Notes: generated from the letters alone by a model not told the origin. A DNA stretch of 64,000 bases from an uncultured Chloroflexia bacterium (GCA_963712745.1 CAVQJC010000001.1:46271-110270); one strand, 5' to 3'; positions 40,914 through 51,439 are shown, counted from the first letter of the stretch. Numbers and translations: made by a program.

Positions 40914-41684
40914 TTGGCACGGATCATCGCGATCGCGAACCAGAAGGGTGGCGTGGGCAAGACGACCACGTCGATCAACCTGGCCGGGGCACTCGCGGAG
41001 CTCGGACTGCACGTCCTCTGCGTGGACATGGACCCGCAGGCCAACCTCACGGTCGGGCTCGGTCTCAACGCCCGCGACATCGAGGTCTCGATCGCCAACG
41101 TGCTTCTCGATCCTTCGCTCTCGCTGGAGGACATCGTCGAGACGACCGAGACCGAGAACGTCGACGTGGCGCCCTCGGACATCGACCTCTCGGCCACCGA
41201 GAACCAGCTCTTCAGCAGCATCGGCCGCGAACACGCCCTGCGGGAGGTGCTCCACGGCTGGGCAGAGAAGCAGTTCGACTACGTCATCATCGACTGCCCG
41301 CCGACGCTGGGCCTGCTGACCATCAACTCGCTCGTGGCGGCTGACGGCGTGATCATCCCGGTGCAGACGCAGTACTACTCGCTGAAAGGCTTCCGTGCGC
41401 TGGCCAATCTGGTGACCCAGATCCAGGGCAAGGGCCTCAACTCCAGGCTGCGCATCATGGGCATCTTGGCCACCTTCTACGACGGCCGGACCAACCTGGC
41501 CAAGGACATGCTCGCGGAGCTGTCGGAACTGGGCGACTACCACGTCTTCGGATCCATCGTGAAGCAGACGGTCCGCCTGGGCGAGGCGCCACTGGCCGGC
41601 AAGCCCGTGACGTCATACGCCAGCCGCTCGGCCGCTGCGGAGATCTACCGCAACCTGGCGCAGGAGGTGATCGAACTTGGCTAG
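40914..41684 (+). CDS. parA: Chromosome partitioning ATPase ParA/Soj (TTG start)
   Basis: [23 protein letters not shown] (deviant Walker A), [17 protein letters not shown] lies 5 nt upstream of the TTG at 40914. Confidence 0.9.
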   Translation: MARIIAIANQKGGVGKTTTSINLAGALAELGLHVLCVDMDPQANLTVGLGLNARDIEVSIANVLLDPSLSLEDIVETTETENVDVAPSDIDLSATENQLFSSIGREHALREVLHGWAEKQFDYVIIDCPPTLGLLTINSLVAADGVIIPVQTQYYSLKGFRALANLVTQIQGKGLNSRLRIMGILATFYDGRTNLAKDMLAELSELGDYHVFGSIVKQTVRLGEAPLAGKPVTSYASRSAAAEIYRNLAQEVIELG

Positions 41685-42753
41685 ACCGGACTTCCGCTCC
41701 CAGGCTGCACAGCGACTCGCGAGCGAACGCACCGAGTACACCCCTGCCCTCATCGACCTGCTCAAGCTGGACGAGCCGGGCACGCTCAAGGACGTGCGTC
41801 GCATGCCCGTCGACCGGGTCTACTCCAACCCCGAACAGCCTCGCCAGCACTTCGACGAGGATGCCCTGCAGGACCTGGCCGCCTCGATCCGCGAGCACGG
41901 TGTGCTGCAGCCGGTGCTGGTCCGGCCTCGCGCCGACGGCCACTACCAGATCGTGGCCGGCGAGCGCCGCTGGCGCGCATCGAAGATCGCCGGCCTGACC
42001 GAGATCCCCGTCATCGTCGAGCAGATCGACGACGAGGCGGCACTCGAGATCGCCATCATCGAGAACCTCCAGCGCGAGGACATCTCCCCGCTCGAGGAGG
42101 CGGAGATGTTCGATCGCATGACCCGGCAGCACGGCTACAGCCTGCGCAAGCTGGCCACCAAGCTGGGTAAGGACAAGGGCTATCTCGAGAACCGGCTGCG
42201 TCTGAACGGGGCACCGCCGGAGATCCGGGAGCTGGTCTCGGTGCGGCAGGACACGCTCTCGCATGCGTACGAGCTGATGAAGGTCGAAGATCCCCGCAAG
42301 CGCCGTCGCCTGGCCAAGCAGGTCGCCGCTGGCGAACTCAGCCTGGTCAAGCTGCGCGAGCGCATCGAGGGCAAGCCCAAGCGGGATCCCGAACCCGAGC
42401 CCCCGGCGGCCGAGGAGATCGAGGTCGAGGCGGTCCCCGAGCCGGAGCTGGTGGCAGTGCCGGTCCTGCCCGACGGGCCCGCGGTCGATGGGGTCACCAT
42501 CGACGCGGCCAGCGAGCACCTCTCGTTGGCGGTGGCCGAACTCGTCAACGCCCTCGTCACCGACGAGGCCCTGGGCGAGGCGTCGTCGAGCGAGCGTCAG
42601 CAGTTCGCCAAGTACCTGACGCTGGCCAAGATCAAGCTGGAGAACGCCATCGCCGTCGTGAGAGCCGGTGATTCGCACGGGCAAGGCAACCTGGCCAGCC
42701 AGCTGGCTGCGAGGGAGCGCGCGGCATACCCGGGCGAGGATCCGCGCGGCTAG
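41677..42753 (+). CDS. parB: ParB/Spo0J partition protein with a long acidic/Pro-rich C-terminal half
   Basis: NPEQPRQHFDEDALQDLAASIREHGVLQPVLVRP, YQIVAGERRWRASKIAGL, and the HTH RKLATKLGKDKGYL. It overlaps the parA stop by 8 nt. Confidence 0.9.
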   Translation: MARPDFRSQAAQRLASERTEYTPALIDLLKLDEPGTLKDVRRMPVDRVYSNPEQPRQHFDEDALQDLAASIREHGVLQPVLVRPRADGHYQIVAGERRWRASKIAGLTEIPVIVEQIDDEAALEIAIIENLQREDISPLEEAEMFDRMTRQHGYSLRKLATKLGKDKGYLENRLRLNGAPPEIRELVSVRQDTLSHAYELMKVEDPRKRRRLAKQVAAGELSLVKLRERIEGKPKRDPEPEPPAAEEIEVEAVPEPELVAVPVLPDGPAVDGVTIDAASEHLSLAVAELVNALVTDEALGEASSSERQQFAKYLTLAKIKLENAIAVVRAGDSHGQGNLASQLAARERAAYPGEDPRG

Positions 42754-42791
42754 CGGGACCCGGCCCGCTCACGCGCCGACCGCGCGGCACC

Positions 42792-43259
42792 ATGCACATC
42801 CCGACCGAGCTGCTGTACCTGTTGGCCGCGGCTGCGGTCGGCCTGGTGCTGTACCGCTACTTCACCGGCCGAGGCGGCATCGAGATCCTGCGCCCTGACT
42901 ACCGCGGGCTCCCCGACGAGGGACAGGTCGAGGTGCACCACCACATGGTGCGCTGGAAGACGGCCGAGGCAGAGTCCTTCGTGGCCGCGTGGCAGCTGGA
43001 GGATGGCCATTTCGTGGTCATGCGCGTCGTCTTCGATGGGCGGGACGAGGAAGAGCCCGACCTGGGCCACATCGACATCAGCATCGACAGGCGGACGGTG
43101 ACGGAAGAAGCCGGCTGGACCGAACGGATCCGCGACCGAACCCTGCGCTCGGACGTGGAGGCGATCCTCAAGGCGCTGCAGCGCGAGGCCCGGGTGGGTC
43201 GGTCGGACGCCAAGCGTGTCGCCGTGGCCAAGCCCGTGGGGGACGACCGCGAGCCGTAG
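42792..43259 (+). CDS. Hypothetical membrane-anchored protein
   Basis: High GC3 throughout. N-terminal TM segment LLYLLAAAAVGLVLY. No family recognised. Confidence 0.55.
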   Translation: MHIPTELLYLLAAAAVGLVLYRYFTGRGGIEILRPDYRGLPDEGQVEVHHHMVRWKTAEAESFVAAWQLEDGHFVVMRVVFDGRDEEEPDLGHIDISIDRRTVTEEAGWTERIRDRTLRSDVEAILKALQREARVGRSDAKRVAVAKPVGDDREP

Positions 43260-43308
43260 CGGCGGAGCGGCGGAGCGGCAGGCGGCCTGGACGCGCGACT
43301 CCCTCCGG

Positions 43309-43717
43309 TCATCTGCGACGCCGCGACTGCGGCTGCAGGTCCAGTCGGCGAGGGCTTTCGCAAGCTGCGGCTCGAAGCGCTGCAGGCGCCCGCTGTCCTC
43401 GTGCGCCTCGACGCCCTCGACGAAGGCGCGCGACGCGCGTAGCTGAGGAGCGTGTAGCCATCACTGAGACCGAGCTGTCCGCGGAGCGCCGCCCGCCCAT
43501 CTGCAGACAGTCGCCGGTAGTGCCTGACGAAGGCCAACATCGACTCGTCGTATGGCAGTGGCCCGATGCACAGAAGCCCCGACTGCCCGCCCCACGCGTC
43601 GTAACCGCCTGGAGGCAGCGGGGACGGTGCCTCGCCACGTCGCGCACGAAGACGTTCGTCAGCCTCGACGGCAGCGGCCATCTCCTGGCCGATCACGAAC
43701 TCGCACTCGCCGCTCAT
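43309..43717 (-). CDS. Hypothetical protein, 3' end and frame unresolved
   Basis: The first ~97 aa (MSGECEFVIGQEM...GYTLLSYARRA) look coding. Downstream the same frame becomes low-complexity junk, while another frame reads FVEGVEAHEDSGRLQRFEPQLAKALADWT. Confidence 0.4.
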
Positions 43718-43771
43718 GGCACGACCATAGCGCAGCGCCCCCGCCGGTCGATATCGGCGCGGTGACGATCC

Positions 43772-44137
43772 CTAGATGTAGACGACCGTCTCGAAGCCGT
43801 CGACGAGGAAGTCGATCTCCTGTGCGCGCGCCTTCTTCGACTGGGCTCGCAGGCCGAAGACGAGGAAGTGGAGCGAGATGGCCGGCACCATCAACTGCCC
43901 GTCCGCCGTGCGCCCGATGGTGGCAGGGGCGCCGCCTCCGGCTGTGAAGACGCGCTCGATGCCGCTGTCGTCGAGCCCCGTGGCCTGGCGGAAGTCGGCG
44001 AGCACGGGGAGCACGCCACGCCGGATGGACATGTCGCGCATGCATTCGATCATCCAGGCGTCGATCTGCTCATCGGGCTGTTCCTTCAGCCGTTTGCGGT
44101 AGACCTTTGGATCCTCTGACAGGCCCTCTGACGACAA
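43772..44137 (-). CDS. Hypothetical protein (TTG start)
   Basis: GGAGGAG lies 5 nt upstream of the TTG at 44137. The coding-looking sequence [35 protein letters not shown]... runs to TAG. No family recognised. Confidence 0.5.
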   Translation of the reverse strand: MSSEGLSEDPKVYRKRLKEQPDEQIDAWMIECMRDMSIRRGVLPVLADFRQATGLDDSGIERVFTAGGGAPATIGRTADGQLMVPAISLHFLVFGLRAQSKKARAQEIDFLVDGFETVVYI

Positions 44138-44229
44138 CTGGACTCCTCCTCGTTGGATGGCTCGCGCAGGAATGGTAGCGCGGCCATGGCCGTCATGGCT
44201 TCGTGACCAGCCCCGACTACCATGACGGC

Positions 44230-44895
44230 ATGTTCCTCTTCCGACGTCCATCCGCCATGCCCGCGCCCCAGGATGCCCTGGCCGGCCGAGCCGAGCCCAT
44301 CGCCATCACCGAGCCGCACCACGTCAACGGCGCCGCGCTGACCCCGCCGTGGCCCGACGGTGCGCGCACCGCCATCTTCGGCCTCGGCTGCTTCTGGGGA
44401 GCCGAGAAGGCCTTCTGGGAGACCGAGGGCGTCATCTCGACCGCGGTCGGGTATGCCGGCGGCTACACGCCCAATCCCACCTACGAAGAGACATGCACCG
44501 GTCAGACCGGTCACGCGGAGGTCGTGCTCGTCGTCTTCGACCCTGAGCGCGTCTCCTACGAGCAGCTGCTGAAGCTGTTCTGGGAGCACCACGACCCCAC
44601 GCAGGGCATGCGCCAAGGCAACGACCAGGGCACCCAGTACCGCTCGATCATCATGGTCGCGAACGACGAGGAGCGGGCCACGGCCGAGGCCTCACGGGAT
44701 GCCTACCAGGCGCAGCTGAGGGCGGCCGGCTTCGGGCAGATCACGACCGAGATCGACGATGCCGGTGACTTCTACTACGCCGAGCCCTACCACCAGCAGT
44801 ACCTGTCGAAGAACCCCAACGGCTACTGCCCCGACCACGGCACCGGCGTGGCCTGCCCCGTCGGCGTGGGTGTGAACGCCGTGGCGGCAGGCTAG
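44230..44895 (+). CDS. msrA: Peptide-methionine (S)-S-oxide reductase
   Basis: [66 protein letters not shown]. Start taken at MFLFRR by analogy with enterobacterial MsrA. Confidence 0.93.
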   Translation: MFLFRRPSAMPAPQDALAGRAEPIAITEPHHVNGAALTPPWPDGARTAIFGLGCFWGAEKAFWETEGVISTAVGYAGGYTPNPTYEETCTGQTGHAEVVLVVFDPERVSYEQLLKLFWEHHDPTQGMRQGNDQGTQYRSIIMVANDEERATAEASRDAYQAQLRAAGFGQITTEIDDAGDFYYAEPYHQQYLSKNPNGYCPDHGTGVACPVGVGVNAVAAG

Positions 44896-44930
44896 CTGCG
44901 GATGTAGACCGCGACCGGGTTCGCACCGTG

Positions 44931-45278
44931 TCACTGTGGCTTGTCCGGGGGCTCCCCCATCTCTGAGAGGTCGTCCGTGGCTCGGCTTGTCCGGGCGATC
45001 TCGAGATGGTTGAGCTCCCGTGTCGCTCGGGCTTGTCCGGGGGATCCGCCCATCTCTTCGATGATGGGTCGAGTCCGCTCGATGAAGAAGTCGGCGATGG
45101 CCTCCGGGTTGTCCCAGACGTTCATCACGGTCAAAAAGCTCACGCCATGAGGGTGATCGTTTCGACGCACATGTCGGTCATCGTTCAGCACTGTCAACTG
45201 GATCGGGCAACGCAGAACGCGCCACCCCAGCGCGAAGACGACGACACCGGCGGTGATGGCCGTGACTGGACTGAGCAT
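44931..45278 (-). CDS. Hypothetical protein (weak call)
   Basis: One TM-like segment, then FLTVMNVWDNPEAIADFFIERTRPIIEEMGG, which loosely resembles ABM-fold proteins. Start uncertain. Confidence 0.35.
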   Translation of the reverse strand: MLSPVTAITAGVVVFALGWRVLRCPIQLTVLNDDRHVRRNDHPHGVSFLTVMNVWDNPEAIADFFIERTRPIIEEMGGSPGQARATRELNHLEIARTSRATDDLSEMGEPPDKPQ

Positions 45279-45425
45279 GGGCTGGGTCCTCCCTCTGACG
45301 GTGGGGGGACGATGACCGCCGAGCGGACCAACTCGTACCGGTCCGCTACACGCCAAGAGAGTCGGGCGAGCCGGAACCCATCCATGCTCCGTCGATCCGG
45401 GCGACGCACGACCCCGGCAGGACGG

Positions 45426-45704
45426 TCAGGGACGCGGTCGGTCCTTCCCGGCCAGTGGCTCCGGAACCTCGATCACCAGGTCGCTGTCCTGGCCCGCGTG
45501 GCCGCGCTCGGGCATGTGTTCGGCGGCAAGGATCTCGGCGGGCGGCTCGTTGCGCAGCGCCTGTTCGAATCCCAACATCGCCGCCCCCACGGCCGTCCCG
45601 AAGCTGCCTTTCGTGGAGAGCGGGCCGGCAGCGTCTTCCTCTGCCGCGGCATCCTCGACCGCGTCGTCGGTCGAGGCAGGCGTCGATCGTTCGGATCCAT
45701 CCAT
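45426..45704 (-). CDS. Small acidic hypothetical protein
   Basis: ATG at 45704. The sequence MDGSERSTPASTDD...GSFGTAVGAAMLGFEQALRNEPPAEILAAEHM... is coding-like. The remainder of the 214-aa ORF upstream is junk. Confidence 0.5.
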   Translation of the reverse strand: MDGSERSTPASTDDAVEDAAAEEDAAGPLSTKGSFGTAVGAAMLGFEQALRNEPPAEILAAEHMPERGHAGQDSDLVIEVPEPLAGKDRPRP

Positions 45705-45791
45705 GGCCTGGTCGATGATAGTCGGGGCGCGCCCTTGTGGGCCCTGCGTCGGTGGCCTACAGTCCTGCGCGAGCAAGAGGAGGACGGGCCG

Positions 45792-45947
45792 ATGACAAAG
45801 ACGTGGAAGCTGCGCAAGGGACAGGTGACGGTCGTCGAAGACGCGCGCACGGCCTCGCTGGTGATCAGCGCCAGGGACCTGAAGGACCGGCAAGAGAAGG
45901 TAGCCGCCGTCGAGGAGGTCCTTCACCGGCTCCAAGCGTCGGCATAG
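45792..45947 (+). CDS. Small hypothetical protein (51 aa)
   Basis: GAGGAGGA lies about 7 nt upstream of the ATG at 45792. The sequence MTKTWKLRKGQVTVVEDARTASLVISARDLKDRQEKVAAVEEVLHRLQASA is compositionally protein-like. Confidence 0.45.
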   Translation: MTKTWKLRKGQVTVVEDARTASLVISARDLKDRQEKVAAVEEVLHRLQASA

Positions 45948-45990
45948 CGACCGCCGAGCCTCCAGTCGGGCTGCCACCACCGGAGACCAG

Positions 45991-46104
45991 ATGCAGCGGG
46001 ATCTCGTCGAACGGGCGATGGCGGGTGATCGAGACGCGTTCACAGAGCTACAACGCGGCACGATCGACAAGCTCTACGCCATCGCGCGGCTCATCGCGCC
46101 GTAG
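45991..46104 (+). pseudogene. N-terminal stub (37 aa) of an ECF-type sigma-70 factor
   Basis: MQRDLVERAMAGDRDAFTELQRGTIDKLYAIARLIAP-stop matches the start of sigma region 2 of ECF sigma factors. No continuation is seen in any frame before the next gene at 46205. Confidence 0.55.
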
Positions 46105-46204
46105 CGGGCGAAGACGGAACCGAGCCAGGGTCTCCGACGTCCATTCGAGGTAGGGTGGCCGTTTCGCGCTGCCCGGCACGGATTCGCCGTATGAGGTCTA
46201 GGAC

Positions 46205-47569
46205 ATGCCCGCTACGATCCGGCCACTGGCGATCGCCGCGTTGGCGCTGCTGCTCGCCTCCCCCACCCTCGGTAGCGAGGACCATCCCGACGCGACAAAG
46301 CCCATCGCGCTCGCGGGCTCGACCCTGACCTGGTGCGGCGACCTAGAGCAGATCAAAGCCGATGCGGGCGAGTACCGGGACTCGCCGGTCCATGTCGGCA
46401 ATCCGCCCAGCGACAAGATCGCCCGCTGGGCCAGGAAGAAGCCTGGGTTCGCCGACCTCTGGATCGACCGCGACAACCTCGGCTGGATCACGGTCGCATT
46501 CGCGCAAGATGCCGACCAGCGGCGCGCCGAGCTGGCGAGGAAGTTCCCCGGCATCGGCGCCGTGGTGGTCGAGGTCCAGTACTCGGCCAGGCAACTGCGC
46601 AAGCTCCAGCGGCGGGTAGGGAATTGCGTCTCGCCGGTCCTCGAATCCTGGTGGACCGGCATCGACCCCACGACCAACCACGTGAGTCTCGGCGTGGACC
46701 TGCTCACCCCCGAGGTCGTGGAGCTGCTGGAGAAGCAGTTCGCCGGCCAGCCACTGTGCGTCGACGGCCGGGACCCCTCCGACCTCATCCCCGACGGACC
46801 TCAGCCCACGAGCGGCGACGGCTGGACGCTAGTCGACTTCCGCCAGGGCCCGCCCGACACCGTGTACCGCACCGGGGTCGCTACCGACGCCGAACAGCTG
46901 GGCGAGCTGTGGCAGGAAGCCGGGATGGTGGGCGAGGCACCCGCCGTCGATTTCGGCGGCACCGTGGTCGTCTGGTTCTCCGAGCCGCACGGTGGGAACT
47001 GTCACGATCTGCGCCTCGACGACGTCCTGGTCGACCTCGAGGAGTCACTCGTCCACCCACTCATCGTGATGCCCGATGACCCCATGATGTGTAACGACGA
47101 CATCGCGGGTGCCTACCAGTTCCTCGTCGCTCTCGAGCGGGAGCGACTGCCGGCGGGGCCCTTCCGCATCCAACTTCGACCCGACCGCTCATACGGGGAT
47201 GCCACCGTGGTCGAGGTCGACCTGACCGCTCCCGGTTCGACCGCGCCGGACAGCGCCATCCACCCGGCGGAACAGGAGCCCGAGCCACAACGCTCCGGCG
47301 CCATCATGGAGCCGGGCTACAGGCAGTGGTACGAGTTCGACGTGAGATGCGGGATCGGCTACCTGGGCAACATCAACGACGTCCACTGGGTGACCGAGCA
47401 GACGGAGCTTCCCAGCGAGTGGGCCGAGGCCGTCGACGAGGACGGCGAGCTCGTGGTGAAGGTGCTGCTGGTCGAGGGGCCGGACCCACACGCCATCGCC
47501 AAGACCGGCGGTCGTCCGGTGCGCTACGAGCCGCAGCGGGAGCCACCGCCGTCGGCCTGCGCCGCCTGA
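46205..47569 (+). CDS. Secreted hypothetical protein
   Basis: Signal peptide MPATIRPLAIAALALLLASPTLG. 454 aa with high GC3. No family recognised. Confidence 0.6.
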   Translation: MPATIRPLAIAALALLLASPTLGSEDHPDATKPIALAGSTLTWCGDLEQIKADAGEYRDSPVHVGNPPSDKIARWARKKPGFADLWIDRDNLGWITVAFAQDADQRRAELARKFPGIGAVVVEVQYSARQLRKLQRRVGNCVSPVLESWWTGIDPTTNHVSLGVDLLTPEVVELLEKQFAGQPLCVDGRDPSDLIPDGPQPTSGDGWTLVDFRQGPPDTVYRTGVATDAEQLGELWQEAGMVGEAPAVDFGGTVVVWFSEPHGGNCHDLRLDDVLVDLEESLVHPLIVMPDDPMMCNDDIAGAYQFLVALERERLPAGPFRIQLRPDRSYGDATVVEVDLTAPGSTAPDSAIHPAEQEPEPQRSGAIMEPGYRQWYEFDVRCGIGYLGNINDVHWVTEQTELPSEWAEAVDEDGELVVKVLLVEGPDPHAIAKTGGRPVRYEPQREPPPSACAA

Positions 47570-47923
47570 CCGCGGGCGGTACCGATGGACGGTCGGCGGT
47601 CCGAGTCGGCTGGCGGCAGGCGTCCTATCGCGGCATTGACAGAGGGTCACAAGCAAGGGATAACCGGAACGTCGAGTCGTGCTCGACACCGTCCAACCTG
47701 CCACACCGTGCAAGAGGGGTTCCAGATGGACCTGGCTTCGCTCGCCGCGCTAGTCGTGGCCGTGCTGATCGTGGTCAGCGGCTATTTCCTGTTCAATGAC
47801 GTACCGCGCCCGAGGGGCAACCACTCACCCCGGCGACGCTGAGCTCCCTACGGCGGCGGAGAGCTCTCCACGGCGACGCTGAGGGCGCCCTCCGCGGGGC
47901 TGGGCAGGCGCTAGCCTGAAGGC

Positions 47924-48773
47924 ATGACCGAACGCCCGGACCCAACCGCTCGTCTCGGCGGACGACCTGCTGGCGGCTATCGAGGACCCCGGCCTGCGCA
48001 TCGCCGACGTGCGCTGGTTCCTTGGCGAGCCCGGCCGCGGGCAGGCCGAGTACCTGCGGGGACATATCCCCGGCGCAGTCTACGTGGACCTCGACAGGGA
48101 CCTCGCGGCACCTCCGGGTGGCGGTCGTCATCCCCTGCCCGACCCGGGTGCGTTCGCCGACCGCATGGGCCAGCTCGGCTTCGGAGACGAGCACACGATC
48201 GTCATCTACGACGCTGCCAACGGCCAGTACGGGGCGCGGATGTGGCTGATGCTGGACCGGCTCGGCCATCCGAACACGCACATGCTCGATGGGGGCATCA
48301 GCGCCTGGAAGGCCGCCGGTGGCCCCTGGACCGCCGAGAGGTCCACGCCCATGCGCGCGTCGCTGACCCTGGCCTCAGAGTGGCCCGGCACCATCGACCG
48401 CCAGCGGATCGTCGCGCTCAAAGGCCAGATCGACCTCGTGGATGTGCGCACGGCCGAACGCTACTCAGGCGAGAACGAACCCATCGAACGAGTCGGCGGG
48501 CACATCCCGGGAGCTCGCAACCGCCCCTGCGCCTCGATGATGACCGAGACCGGGAGACTGAAGCCGGCCGATGAGCTACTGCCGCTCATCCGGGGCCAAG
48601 GTGAACGAACCAGGCTGCCGTTGGTCATATCCTGCGGCAGCGGCGTGACCGCGTGCTTCGGGGCCCTGGCCGCGCGCGTGGCCGGCCTGCCCGACCCCCT
48701 CATCTACCCTGGCTCGTTCAGCGACTGGGTCGGCGCCGGCTTGCCGGTCGCAGAGGGTACCGCGCCGGACTGA
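47924..48773 (+). CDS. sseA: Thiosulfate/3-mercaptopyruvate sulfurtransferase (tandem rhodanese); frame broken within the first ~7 codons
   Basis: LVSADDLLAAIEDPGLRIADVRWFLGEPGRGQAEYLRGHIPGAVYVDLDRDL, and the active-site CGSGVTAC. The ATG at 47924 (GAAGG upstream) is out of frame with the conserved N-terminus, which has no in-frame start before the GTG at 48009. Confidence 0.8.
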
Positions 48774-48843
48774 CGTGTCGAGAGGTAGCCGGTGACAGCC
48801 GATGGTCGGCGTGCGGTCGAACCAGGTTGGTGAGCCCCGTGGT

Positions 48844-50154
48844 CTACGGGCTCGGAACCGCAGAGGCCACGACGGGCGTCTGGATGGCCGTGCCCATGGT
48901 GCGCGCAGATCGCGGTCCGCGCTCTGAGCGCGACAGGTCCAGTGCTGCGGCCACAGCGCCGATGACCGTCGCCTCACCGCCGAGGGTGGAGACGACGACG
49001 CTTGGTGGTGCGGCAGATGGCCTCCAACGAGCGCCTCGATGCGTGGAGCCCACGTCTCGAGCGCTGACCGACCGACCCGTCGAGGACCACGACTTGCGGG
49101 TCGGTGATCGAGGACATGGCGATGACTGCCATGGCCACATGCTCGATCATGTCGTCAACCAGGCTTGTCGCGAGCCCATCACCCGCGGCTGCTGCCTCGA
49201 AGACATCTCGTGAAGTAGGCGGGTGATCCAGATCGGCGGAGTCGCGAGCGGTGCTGCCCTGCGGCGAGCGCTTGGCGAGCGACCTCCGCAAGGCCGACCC
49301 CGGAGGCCAGCATCTCGAAGGACCCCAGTCCATCGGGCCGAGTTGTGCCGAGTTGGGAACGATCGAGGACCATATAGCCGACTTCGCCCGCCCCGCTGTT
49401 GCGTCCTTTCAGGAGCTGGCCATCGGCCACGATCGATGCGCCGATGCCGGTGCCAAGTGAGAGGACCACGAAGTCTGAGAGTCCACGCGCCTCGCCTCTC
49501 CACGCGTGGCCCAGCGCCGCGAGATTGACGTCGTTGTCGATCACGAATGGGAGGTCGACTCGTTCCCTGAGCGCCGCCACGAGGCGGAATCCATCCCACT
49601 GGACGTTGGGCCCTCCGATGGCGATACCGCTCCGGGGGTCGACGATGGCGGGCACGCCGACGGCAACCGAGAGAACAGGCGCGCCGCGGCTTCGATAGTG
49701 GCGGCGCAGCCGCCCGATCGACTCGACGAGTGTGTCGAAGGGCGTCCCGTCCGCATCGCTGGGTCGCACCTCCTCGACGAGGAGGCCACCAGCGAGGTCC
49801 GCGAGCATCGCGTGGCACTTGGTGCCACCGAGGTCGATGCCGATGACGCATCCGGACGTGGCGTTGAAGGAGATCGCCCTGCGTGGACGTCCACCCGTGC
49901 TGACTCCCGGCTCCTCCCGCACAAGGTCGCGGTCCACGAGCCGGCGGATGACGCGGCTGACAGTCGCTGCTGACAGGCCCAGGTTCTCGAGCGATCTCGG
50001 GCCTGGTGGTCGTTCCCTGGGCGTGGACGTAGTCGAGGACCAGCTGCTCATTGAGCTGGAGCATGAGCCCGTGGCGGATGGCACCGGACTCCCCTGTGGT
50101 CGGGCCTCTGACCCCGGGGTCGCGCGGGCCGGTACCGTCGTACCTTTCTTGCAT
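48844..50154 (-). pseudogene. ROK-family transcriptional regulator, disrupted by about 4 frameshifts
   Basis: Conserved blocks lie in alternating frames: LNEQLVLDYV...TTRPEIAR / LGLSAATVSRVIRRL...GIDLGGTKC...GTGIGASIV...GAGEVGYM / DVFEAAAAGDGLA...DPQVVVLDGSVG / ALETWAPRIEALVGGHLP / VVVSTLGGEATVIGAVAAAL. Confidence 0.8.
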
Positions 50155-50236
50155 TCAGATAGAAACTATGCTATCCCTATGCCGGTGTCAAGCGGCAGAC
50201 GGCCACTGAGCTGGGCAGAAGGAGGTGAGGACAGCG

Positions 50237-51439
50237 ATGTTCGTCGAACGCCTGAAGAGGCTCAACCCGTCGCTGGTGACGGACGCCGTAGAGCTTCACC
50301 AGGCGGGTGACCTGCGCGCCAACACGTACCTCATCGACACCGCCACGATGACGGCCAACACCCGCCTGATCCGGGCTGAGGCCGACCGCCTGGGCCTTCG
50401 CCTGTACGCGATGGCCAAGCAGTTCGGGCGCAACCGCGATGGATGTGACGCGGTGGTCGAGGGCGGCATCGAATCATGCGTCGCCGTCGACATCCAGTGC
50501 ATGGAAGCCGTGCAGAGAAGCAGCATGCGGATCGGCCATGTAGGACACCTCGTTCAGCCCCACCGCGGGGTCGAGGACGCGGTCGTCGCGGCTCAGCCCG
50601 AGGTCGTCACCGTCTTCCACGAGGACATCGCGGAGCGCCTCGGTGCTGCCGCCAGGCGCGCGCAGACCGAACAAGCCGTACTCCTTCGAGTGGTCGCGCC
50701 TGGTGACCAGTTCTACTTCGGCCACGGCGGAGGGCTGCCGCTCGAGCACATCGAGGACCACGCGCGTCGTATCGACAGCATCGACGGCCTGCGCGTGGCC
50801 GGCGTGGTCAGCTTTCCGGCCCTGCTCGCCGATGCGGCGAACCGCAGGCTCGCGACTACGAACGAACCTGCGCACGGTGGTCGAGGCTGCGGAGCGCCTG
50901 GGCAAGGCTGGGTTCGAGATCGAACAGATCAATGCACCAGGCACGACCTCGTCGGGGGCACTGCGTCTGCTGTCCGAGGCTGGCGCCACGCACGCCGAGC
51001 CGGGCAACGGCCTCCACGGAACCACTCCCCTGATGGTCTTCGACGACGAGTCGCCGGAGGTCCCGGCGATCGTCTACATCTCAGAGGTGTCGCACTTCGA
51101 CGGTGACGACGCCTACGTCTTCGGCGCCGGCCTGTACGTCGACAAGGTCCTTGGCGAGTACGGGCTGCGCGCCTTCTGCGGACGCGACGAGGCCATCCTC
51201 GATCAGCGTATATCCAGCCGAGATGGCCCCCGATGGCGCCATCCACTACTACGCCGTGCTCCACCTTCCCGCGCGCCACGACGTGCGGGTCGGCGACACG
51301 GCGGTCTTCTGCTTCCGGCCTCTGGTCTTCGTGACACGAGCTCGGACGCGAGCCCTCTTCAGGAACCACGACGGGACCGCGCGCCTTGGTGACGACGTAC
51401 GACGCCAACGATGGTCGGGCCGTTGATGGCGTGGCATAG
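50237..51439 (+). pseudogene. YhfX-like PLP-dependent (alanine-racemase-fold) protein, disrupted by 3 frameshifts
   Basis: MFVERLKRLNPSLV...YAMAKQFGRN...GHVGHLVQ (frame A) / NLRTVVEAAERLGKAGFEIEQINAPGTTS...THAEPGNGLHG...SEVSHF (B) / DGAIHYYAVL...CFRPLVFVTR (C) / LVTTYDANDGRAVDGVA-stop (A). Family assigned from memory of E. coli YhfX. Confidence 0.8.

Noticed and set aside
40700-42800. A parS site near parAB
   Set aside because: I found no convincing match to the TGTTTCACGTGAAACA consensus by eye. This is not an exhaustive search, so absence is not established.
47726-47842. A 38-aa hydrophobic ORF (MDLASLAALVVAVLIVVSGYFLFND...) with AGAGGGG upstream
   Set aside because: It is plausible as a small membrane peptide. 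However, it is too short and unsupported to report as a feature without conservation or expression evidence.
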